From the NCBI GenBank assembly GCA_964016885.1, contig OZ024743.1, positions 25,730,001 to 25,794,000 on the forward strand: a DNA stretch of 64,000 nt, given 5' to 3'. Positions 52,001 through 64,000 of the stretch are shown one piece after another. Source of the DNA: Eledone cirrhosa. Its lineage: Eukaryota. Below the pieces are notes generated by a model. The model ran no database searches. It saw nothing but the letters and a program-made list of their open reading frames with translations, and was not told the DNA's origin. Each line of letters begins with the position of its first letter. Position 1 is the first letter of the stretch. The position numbers and the translations under genes are program-made.

Positions 52001-55000
52001 TGACAATACTGTTGTTACTGGAATACACTTATATCAGTTGATAATACTGTTGTTACTGGAATACACATATATCAGTTGACAATAATGTTGTTACTGGAAT
52101 ACACTTATATCAGTTGATAATGCTGTTGTTACTGGAATACACTTATATCAGTTGACAATACTATTGTTACTGGAATACACTTATATCAGTTGACAATAAT
52201 GTTGTTACTGGAATACACTTATATCAGTTGACAATAATGTTGTTACTGGAATACACTTATATCAGTTGACAATAATGTTGTTACTGGAATACACTTATAA
52301 CAGTTGACAATACTTTTGTTACTGGAATACACTTATATCTGTTGACAATACTGTTGTTACTGGAATACACTTATATCAGTTGATATTACTGTTGTTACTG
52401 GAATACACTTATATCAGTTGATAATACTGTTGTTACTGGAATACACTTATATCAGTTGACAATACTGTTGTTACTGGAATACACTTATATCAGTTGACAA
52501 TACTGTTGTTACTGGAATACACTTATATCAGTTGACAATACTGTTGTTGCTGGAATACACTTATATCAGTTGATAGTACTGTTGTTACTGGAATACACTT
52601 ATATCAGTTGACAATACTGTTGTTACTGGAATACACTTATATCAGTTGACAATATTGTTGTTACTGGAATACACTTATATCAGTTGATAATACTGTTGTT
52701 ACTGGAATACGCTTATTTCAGTTGACAATAGTGTTGTTACTGGAATACACTTATATCAGTTGATAATACTGTTGTTACTGGAATACACTTATATCAGTTG
52801 ATAATACTGTTGTTACTGGAATACACTTATATCAGTTGATAATACTGTTGTTACTGGAATACACTTATATCAGTTGATAATACTGTTGTTACTGGAATAC
52901 ACTTATATCAGTTGACAATAATGTTGTTACTGGAATACACTTATATCAGTTGATAATACTGTTGTTACTGGAATACACTTATATCAGTTGACAATACTGT
53001 TGTTACTGGAATACACTTATATCAGTTGACGATACTGTTGTTACTGGAATACACTTATATCAGTTGACAATAATGTTGTTACTGGAATACACTTATATCA
53101 GTTGACAATACTGTTGTTACTGGAATACACTTATATCAGTTGACAATAATGTTGTTACTGGAATACACTTATATCAGTTGACAATACTGTTGTTACTGGA
53201 ATACACTTATATCAGTTGATAATACAGTTGTTACTGGAATACTCTTATATCTGTTGATAATACTGTTGTTACTGGAATACACTTATATCAGTTGACAATA
53301 CTGTTGTTACTGGAATACACTTATATCAGTTGATAATACAGTTGTTACTGGAATACACTTATATCAGTTGACAATACTGTTGTTACTGGAATACACTTAT
53401 ATCAGTTGATAATACTGTTGTTACTGGAATACACTTATATCAGTTGACGATACTGTTGTTACTAGAATACACTTATATCAGTTGACAATACTGTTGTTAC
53501 TGGAATACACTTATATCAGTTGATAATACTGTTGTTACTGGAATACACTTATATCAGTTGATAATACTGTTGTTAGTGGAATACACTTATATCAGTTGAC
53601 AATACTGTTGTTACTGGAATACAATTATATCAGTTGACAGTACTGTTGTTACTGGAATACACTTATATCAGTTGATAATACTGTTGTTACTGGAATACAC
53701 TTATATCAGTTGACAATAATGTTGTTACTGGAATACACTTATATCAGTTGACAATAATGTTGTTACAGGAATACACTTATATCAGTTGACAATACTGTTG
53801 TTACTGGAATAGACTTATATCAGTTGACAGTACTGTTGTTACTGGAATACACTTATATCAGTTGACAATACTGTTGTTGCGGGAATACACTTATATCAAT
53901 TGCTAATACTGTTGTTGCGGGAATACACTTATATCAGTTGCTAATACTGTTGTTACTGGAATACACTTATATCAGTTGACAATACTGTTGTTACTGGAAT
54001 ACACTTATATCAGTTTACAATACTGTTGTTACTGGAATACACTTATATCAGTTGATAATGCTGTTGTTACTGGAATACACTTATATCAGTTGACAATACT
54101 GTTGTTACTGGAATACACTTATATCAGTTGATAATACTGTTGTTACTGGAATACACATATATCAGTTGACAATAATGTTGTTACTGGAATACACTTATAT
54201 CAGTTGATAATGCTGTTGTTACTGGAATACACTTATATCAGTTGACAATACTATTGTTACTGGAATACACTTATATCAGTTGACAATAATGTTGTTACTG
54301 GAATACACTTATATCAGTTGACAATAATGTTGTTACTGGAATACACTTATATCAGTTGACAATAATGTTGTTACTGGAATACACTTATAACAGTTGACAA
54401 TACTTTTGTTACTGGAATACACTTATATCTGTTGACAATACTGTTGTTACTGGAATACACTTATATCAGTTGATATTACTGTTGTTACTGGAATACACTT
54501 ATATCAGTTGATAATACTGTTGTTACTGGAATACACTTATATCAGTTGACAATACTGTTCTTACTGGAATACACTTATATCAGTTGACAATACTGTTGTT
54601 ACTGGAATACACTTATATCAGTTGACAATACTGTTGTTGCTGGAATACACTTATATCAGTTGATAGTACTGTTGTTACTGGAATACACTTATATCAGTTG
54701 ACAATACTGTTGTTACTGGAATACACTTATATCAGTTGACAATATTGTTGTTACTGGAATACACTTATATCAGTTGATAATACTGTTGTTACTGGAATAC
54801 GCTTATTTCAGTTGACAATAGTGTTGTTACTGGAATACACTTATATCAGTTGATAATACTGTTGTTACTGGAATACACTTATATCAGTTGATAATACTGT
54901 TGTTACTGGAATACACTTATATCAGTTGATAATACTGTTGTTACTGGAATACACTTATATCAGTTGACAATATTGTTGTTACTGGAATACACTTATATCA

Positions 55001-58000
55001 GTTGACAATACTGTTGTTACTGGAATACACATATTTCAGTTGACAATACTGTTGTTACTGGAATACACTTATATCAGTTGATAATACTGTTGTTACTGGA
55101 AAACACTTATATCAGTTGATAATACTGTTGTTACTGGAATACACTTATATCAGTTGACAATACTGTTGTTACTGGAATACACATATATCAGTTGATAATA
55201 CTGTTGTTACTGGAATACACTTATATCAGTTGACAATACTGTTGTTACTGGAATACACTTATATCAGTTGACAATAATATCGTTACTGGAATACACTTAT
55301 ATCAGTTGATAATACTGTTGTTACTGGAATACACTTATATCAGTTGACAATACTGTTGTTACTGGAATACACTTATATCAGTTGACAATACTGTTGTTAC
55401 TGGAATACACTTATATCAGTTGACAATACTGTTGTTACTGGAATACACTTATATCAGTTGATAATACAGTTGTTACTGGAATACACTTATTTCAGTTGAC
55501 AATACTTTTGTTACTGGAATACACTTATATCAGTTGATAATACTGTTGTTACTGGAATACACCTATATCAGTTGACAATACTGTTGTTACTGGAATACAC
55601 TTATATCAGTTGATAATACTGTTGTTACTGGAATACACTTATATCAGTTGACAATACTGTTGTTACTGGAATACACTTATATCAGTTGACAATACTGTTG
55701 TTAATGGAATACACTTATATCAGTTGACAATACTGTTGTTACTGGAATACACTTATATCAGTTGACAATACTGTTGTTACTGGAATACACTTATATCAGT
55801 TGACAATACTGTTGTTACTGGAATACACTTATATCAGTTGACAATACTGTTGTTACTGGAATACACTTATATCAGTTGACAATACTTTTGTTACTGGAAT
55901 ACACTTATATCTGTTGACAATACTGTTGTTACTGGAATACACTTATATCAGTTGATAATACTGTTGTTACTGGAATACACTTATATCAGTTGACAATACT
56001 GTTGTTACTGGAATTTACTTATATCAGTTGAGAATACTGTTGTTACTGGAATACACTTATATCAGTTGACAATACTGTTGTTGCTGGAATACACTTATAT
56101 CAGTTGATAGTACTGTTGTTACTGGAATACACTTATATCAGTTGACAATACTGTTGTTACTGGAATACACTTATATCAGTTGACAATATTGTTGTTACTG
56201 GAATACACTTATATCAGTTGATAATACTGTTGTTACTGGAATACGCTTATTTCAGTTGACAATAGTGTTGTTACTGGAATACACTTATATCAGTTGATAA
56301 TACTGTTGTTACTGGAATACACTTATATCAGTTGACAATACTGTTGTTACTGGAATACACTTATATCAGTTGACAATAATATCGTTGCTGGAATACACTT
56401 ATATCAGTTGATAATACTGTTGTTACTGGAATACACTTATATCAGTTGACAATACTGTTGTTACTGGAATACACTTATATCAGTTGACAATACTGTTGTT
56501 ACTGGAATACACTTATATCAGTTGACAATACTGTTGTTACTGGAATACACTTATATCAGTTGACAATACTGTTGTTAATGGAATACACTTATATCAGTTG
56601 ATAATACTGTTGTTACTGGAATACACTTATATCTGTTGATAAAACTGTTGTTACTGGAATGCACTTATATCATTTGACAATACTGTTGTTACTGGAATAC
56701 ACTTATATCAGTTGACAATACTGTTGTTACTGGAATACACTTATATCAGTTGACAATACTGTTGTTGCTGGAATACACTTATATCAGTTGATAATACTGT
56801 TGTTACTGGAATACACTTATATCAGTTGACAATACTGTTGTTACTGGAATACACTTATATCAGTTGACAATACTGTTGTTACTGGAATACACTTATATCA
56901 GTTGATATTACAGTTGTTACTGGAATACACTTATTTCAGTTGACAATACTGTTGTTACTGGAATACACTTATATCAGTTGATAATACTGTTGTTACTGGA
57001 ATACACTTATATCAGTTGATAATACTGTTGTTACTGGAATACACTTATATCAGGTGACAATACTGTTGTTACTGGATTACACTTATATCAGTTGACAATA
57101 CTGTTGTTACTGGAATACACTTATATCAGTTGACAATACTGTTGTTACTGGAATACACTTATATCAGTTGACAATACTGTTGTTGCGGGAAAATACTTAT
57201 ATCAGTTGCTAATACTGTTGTTACTGGAATACACTTATATCAGTTGACAATACTGTTGTTACTGGAATGCACTTATATCAGTTGACAATCCTGTTGTTTC
57301 TGGAATACACTTATATCAGTTGATAATACTGTTGTTAGTGGAATACACTTATTTCAGTTGACAATACTGTTGTTACTGGAATACACGTATATCAGTTGAT
57401 AATACTGTTGTTACTGGAATACACTTATATCAGTTGATAATACTGTTGTTACTGGAATACACTTATATCAGTTGACAATACTGTTGTTACTGGAATACAC
57501 TTATATCTGTTGACAATACTGTTGTTACTGGAATACACTTATATCAGTTGACAATACTGTTGTTACTGGAATACACTTATATCAGTTGACAATACTGTTG
57601 TTACTGGAATACACTTATATCAGTTGATAATACAGTTGTTACTGGAATACACTTATTTCAGTTGACAATACTGTTGTTACTGGAATACACTTATATCAGT
57701 TGATAATACTGTTGTTACTGGAATACACTTATATCAGTTGATAATACTGTTGTTACTGGAATACACTTATATCAGTTGACAATACTGTTGTTACTGGAAT
57801 ACACTTATTTCAGTTGACAATACTGTTGTTACTGGAATACACTTATATCAGTTGATAATACTGTTGTTACTGGAATACACTTATATCAGTTGATAATACT
57901 GTTGTTAGTGGAATACACTTATATCAGTTGACAATACTGTTGTTACTGGAATACAATTATATCAGTTGACAGTACTGTTGTTACTGGAATACACTTATAT

Positions 58001-61000
58001 CAGTTGATAATACTGTTGTTACTGGAATACACTTATATCAGTTGACAATAATGTTGTTACTGGAATACACTTATATCAGTTGACAATAATGTTGTTACAG
58101 GAATACACTTATATCAGTTGACAATACTGTTGTTACTGGAATAGACTTATATCAGTTGACAGTACTGTTGTTACTGGAATACACTTATATCAGTTGACAA
58201 TACTGTTGTTGCGGGAATACACTTATATCAATTGCTAATACTGTTGTTGCGGGAATACACTTATATCAGTTGCTAATACTGTTGTTACTGGAATACACTT
58301 ATATCAGTTGACAATACTGTTGTTACTGGAATACACTTATATCAGTTTACAATACTGTTGTTACTGGAATACACTTATATCAGTTGATAATGCTGTTGTT
58401 ACTGGAATACACTTATATCAGTTGACAATACTGTTGTTACTGGAATACACTTATATCAGTTGATAATACTGTTGTTACTGGAATACACATATATCAGTTG
58501 ACAATAATGTTGTTACTGGAATACACTTATATCAGTTGATAATGCTGTTGTTACTGGAATACACTTATATCAGTTGACAATACTATTGTTACTGGAATAC
58601 ACTTATATCAGTTGACAATAATGTTGTTACTGGAATACACTTATATCAGTTGACAATAATGTTGTTACTGGAATACACTTATATCAGTTGACAATAATGT
58701 TGTTACTGGAATACACTTATAACAGTTGACAATACTTTTGTTACTGGAATACACTTATATCTGTTGACAATACTGTTGTTACTGGAATACACTTATATCA
58801 GTTGATATTACTGTTGTTACTGGAATACACTTATATCAGTTGATAATACTGTTGTTACTGGAATACACTTATATCAGTTGACAATACTGTTCTTACTGGA
58901 ATACACTTATATCAGTTGACAATACTGTTGTTACTGGAATACACTTATATCAGTTGACAATACTGTTGTTGCTGGAATACACTTATATCAGTTGATAGTA
59001 CTGTTGTTACTGGAATACACTTATATCAGTTGACAATACTGTTGTTACTGGAATACACTTATATCAGTTGACAATATTGTTGTTACTGGAATACACTTAT
59101 ATCAGTTGATAATACTGTTGTTACTGGAATACGCTTATTTCAGTTGACAATAGTGTTGTTACTGGAATACACTTATATCAGTTGATAATACTGTTGTTAC
59201 TGGAATACACTTATATCAGTTGATAATACTGTTGTTACTGGAATACACTTATATCAGTTGATAATACTGTTGTTACTGGAATACACTTATATCAGTTGAC
59301 AATATTGTTGTTACTGGAATACACTTATATCAGTTGACAATACTGTTGTTACTGGAATACACATATTTCAGTTGACAATACTGTTGTTACTGGAATACAC
59401 TTATATCAGTTGATAATACTGTTGTTACTGGAAAACACTTATATCAGTTGATAATACTGTTGTTACTGGAATACACTTATATCAGTTGACAATACTGTTG
59501 TTACTGGAATACACATATATCAGTTGATAATACTGTTGTTACTGGAATACACTTATATCAGTTGACAATACTGTTGTTACTGGAATACACTTATATCAGT
59601 TGACAATAATATCGTTACTGGAATACACTTATATCAGTTGATAATACTGTTGTTACTGGAATACACTTATATCAGTTGACAATACTGTTGTTACTGGAAT
59701 ACACTTATATCAGTTGACAATACTGTTGTTACTGGAATACACTTATATCAGTTGACAATACTGTTGTTACTGGAATACACTTATATCAGTTGATAATACA
59801 GTTGTTACTGGAATACACTTATTTCAGTTGACAATACTTTTGTTACTGGAATACACTTATATCAGTTGATAATACTGTTGTTACTGGAATACACCTATAT
59901 CAGTTGACAATACTGTTGTTACTGGAATACACTTATATCAGTTGATAATACTGTTGTTACTGGAATACACTTATATCAGTTGACAATACTGTTGTTACTG
60001 GAATACACTTATATCAGTTGACAATACTGTTGTTAATGGAATACACTTATATCAGTTGACAATACTGTTGTTACTGGAATACACTTATATCAGTTGACAA
60101 TACTGTTGTTACTGGAATACACTTATATCAGTTGACAATACTGTTGTTACTGGAATACACTTATATCAGTTGACAATACTGTTGTTACTGGAATACACTT
60201 ATATCAGTTGACAATACTTTTGTTACTGGAATACACTTATATCTGTTGACAATACTGTTGTTACTGGAATACACTTATATCAGTTGATAATACTGTTGTT
60301 ACTGGAATACACTTATATCAGTTGACAATACTGTTGTTACTGGAATTTACTTATATCAGTTGAGAATACTGTTGTTACTGGAATACACTTATATCAGTTG
60401 ACAATACTGTTGTTGCTGGAATACACTTATATCAGTTGATAGTACTGTTGTTACTGGAATACACTTATATCAGTTGACAATACTGTTGTTACTGGAATAC
60501 ACTTATATCAGTTGACAATATTGTTGTTACTGGAATACACTTATATCAGTTGATAATACTGTTGTTACTGGAATACGCTTATTTCAGTTGACAATAGTGT
60601 TGTTACTGGAATACACTTATATCAGTTGATAATACTGTTGTTACTGGAATACACTTATATCAGTTGACAATACTGTTGTTACTGGAATACACTTATATCA
60701 GTTGACAATAATATCGTTGCTGGAATACACTTATATCAGTTGATAATACTGTTGTTACTGGAATACACTTATATCAGTTGACAATACTGTTGTTACTGGA
60801 ATACACTTATATCAGTTGACAATACTGTTGTTACTGGAATACACTTATATCAGTTGACAATACTGTTGTTACTGGAATACACTTATATCAGTTGACAATA
60901 CTGTTGTTAATGGAATACACTTATATCAGTTGATAATACTGTTGTTACTGGAATACACTTATATCTGTTGATAAAACTGTTGTTACTGGAATGCACTTAT

Positions 61001-64000
61001 ATCATTTGACAATACTGTTGTTACTGGAATACACTTATATCAGTTGACAATACTGTTGTTACTGGAATACACTTATATCAGTTGACAATACTGTTGTTGC
61101 TGGAATACACTTATATCAGTTGATAATACTGTTGTTACTGGAATACACTTATATCAGTTGACAATACTGTTGTTACTGGAATACACTTATATCAGTTGAC
61201 AATACTGTTGTTACTGGAATACACTTATATCAGTTGATATTACAGTTGTTACTGGAATACACTTATTTCAGTTGACAATACTGTTGTTACTGGAATACAC
61301 TTATATCAGTTGATAATACTGTTGTTACTGGAATACACTTATATCAGTTGATAATACTGTTGTTACTGGAATACACTTATATCAGGTGACAATACTGTTG
61401 TTACTGGATTACACTTATATCAGTTGACAATACTGTTGTTACTGGAATACACTTATATCAGTTGACAATACTGTTGTTACTGGAATACACTTATATCAGT
61501 TGACAATACTGTTGTTGCGGGAAAATACTTATATCAGTTGCTAATACTGTTGTTACTGGAATACACTTATATCAGTTGACAATACTGTTGTTACTGGAAT
61601 GCACTTATATCAGTTGACAATCCTGTTGTTTCTGGAATACACTTATATCAGTTGATAATACTGTTGTTAGTGGAATACACTTATTTCAGTTGACAATACT
61701 GTTGTTACTGGAATACACGTATATCAGTTGATAATACTGTTGTTACTGGAATACACTTATATCAGTTGATAATACTGTTGTTACTGGAATACACTTATAT
61801 CAGTTGACAATACTGTTGTTACTGGAATACACTTATATCTGTTGACAATACTGTTGTTACTGGAATACACTTATATCAGTTGACAATACTGTTGTTACTG
61901 GAATACACTTATATCAGTTGACAATACTGTTGTTACTGGAATACACTTATATCAGTTGATAATACAGTTGTTACTGGAATACACTTATTTCAGTTGACAA
62001 TACTGTTGTTACTGGAATACACTTATATCAGTTGATAATACTGTTGTTACTGGAATACACTTATATCAGTTGATAATACTGTTGTTACTGGAATACACTT
62101 ATATCAGTTGACAATACTGTTGTTACTGGAATACACTTATTTCAGTTGACAATACTGTTGTTACTGGAATACACTTATATCAGTTGATAATACTGTTGTT
62201 ACTGGAATACACTTATATCAGTTGATAATACTGTTGTTACTGGAATACACTTATATCAGTTGACAATACTGTTGTTACTGGAATACACTTATATCAGTTG
62301 ACAATACTGTTGTTACTGGAATACACTTATATCAGTTGATAATACTGTTGTTACTAGAATACACTTATATCATTTGACAATACTGTTGTTACTGGAATAC
62401 ACTTATATCAGTTGACAATACTGTTGTTACTGGAATACACTTATATCAGTTGACATTACTGTTGTTACTGGAATACACTTATTTCAGTTGACAATACTGT
62501 TGTTACTGGAATACACTTATATCAGTTGATAATACTGTTGTTACTGGAATACACTTATATCAGTTGATAATACTGTTGTTACTGGAATACACTTATATCA
62601 GTTGACAATACTGTTGTTAATAGAATACACTTATATCAGTTGACAATACTGTTGTTACTGGAATACACTTATATCAGTTGACAATACTGTTGTTACTGGA
62701 ATACACTTATATCAGTTGACAATACTGTTGTTGCGGGAATATACTTATATCAGTTGCTAATACTGTTGTTACTGGAATACACTTATATCAGTTGACAATA
62801 CTGTTGTTAATGGAATACACTTATATCAGTTGACAATCCTGTTGTTTCTGGAATACACTTATATTAGTTGATAATACTGTTGTTACTGGAATACACTTAT
62901 TTCAGTTGACAATACTGTTGTTACTGGAATACACTTATATCAGTTGACAATACTGTTGTTGCTGGAATACACTTATATCAGTTGATAATACTGTTGTTAC
63001 TGGAATACACTTATATCAGTTGACAATACTGTTGTTACTGGAATACACTTATATCAGTTGACAATACTGTTGTTACTGGAATACACTTATATCAGTTGAT
63101 AATACAGTTGTTACTAGAATACACTTATATCATTTGACAATACTGTTGTAACTGGAATACAAATATATCAGTTGACAATACAGTTGTTACTGGAATACAC
63201 TTATATCAGTTGACAATACTGTTGTTACTGGAATACACTTATATCAGTTGATATTACTGTTGTTACTGGAATACACTTATTTCAGTTGACAATACTGTTG
63301 TTACTGGAATACACTTATATCAGTTGATCATACTGTTGTTACTGGAATACACTTATATCTGTTGACAATACTTTTGTTACTGGAATACACTTATATCAAT
63401 TGAGAATACTGTTGTTACTGGAATACACTTATATCAGTTGACAATACTGTTGTTGCTGGAATACACTTATATCAGTTGATAATACTGTTGTTACTGGAAT
63501 ACACTTATATCAGTTGACAATACTGTTGTTACTGGCATACACTTATATCAGTTGACAATACTGTTGTTACTGGAATACACTTATCTCAGTTGACAATACT
63601 GTTGTTACTGGAATACACTTATATCAGTTGACAATACTGTTGTTAATGGAATACACTTATATCAGTTGACAATACTGTTGTTACTGGAATACACTTATAT
63701 CAGTTGACAATACTGTTACAGGAATACACTTATATCAGTTGACAATACTGTTGTTGGTGGAATACACTTATTTCAGTTGACAATACTGTTGTTACTGGAA
63801 TACACTTATATCAGTTGATAATACTGTTGTTACTGGAATACACTTATATCAGTTGACAATACTGTTGTTACTGGAATACACTTATATCAGTTGACAATAC
63901 TGTAGTTACTGGAATACACTTATATCAGTTGACAATACTGTTGTTACTGGAATACACTTATATCAGTTGATAATACTGTTGTTACTGGAATACACTTATA
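49088..64000. repeat. 38-bp tandem satellite, ~392 monomers in the window, continuing past its end
   Basis: Monomer gttactggaatacacttatatcagttga(c/t)aatactgtt; gttact at 49088 and 49126. No unique spacers. Confidence 0.98.

Noticed and set aside
49088-64000. CRISPR array (38-bp periodic repeat)
   Set aside because: Monomers are contiguous with no unique spacers, there are no cas genes, and the context is eukaryotic. It is a satellite.

Overview
AT-rich, microsatellite-dense eukaryotic repeat DNA. The SINE and microsatellite content suggests a cephalopod such as Octopus (inference). No host exon was recognised. The window holds an apparently intact Tx1/L1-clade LINE plus truncated copies, all in (GATA)n, and a decayed R4/Dong-like RLE LINE in (CATA)n. 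It also holds fragments of RTE, Vingi-like, CR1/L2 and Penelope (GIY-YIG) elements, two tRNA-derived SINE families, a hAT MITE, and a >14.9 kb 38-bp satellite with higher-order repeats. The main signal is not in the ORF track: many of the short unique islands between (TA)n tracts carry a minimal type I hammerhead ribozyme (about 11 loci with a recognisable full core, plus degenerate or half motifs). Many of these islands are fold-back palindromes whose turning points map to ribozyme landmarks. This looks like a multi-family population of TA-associated, non-autonomous Penelope-derived or retrozyme-like elements.
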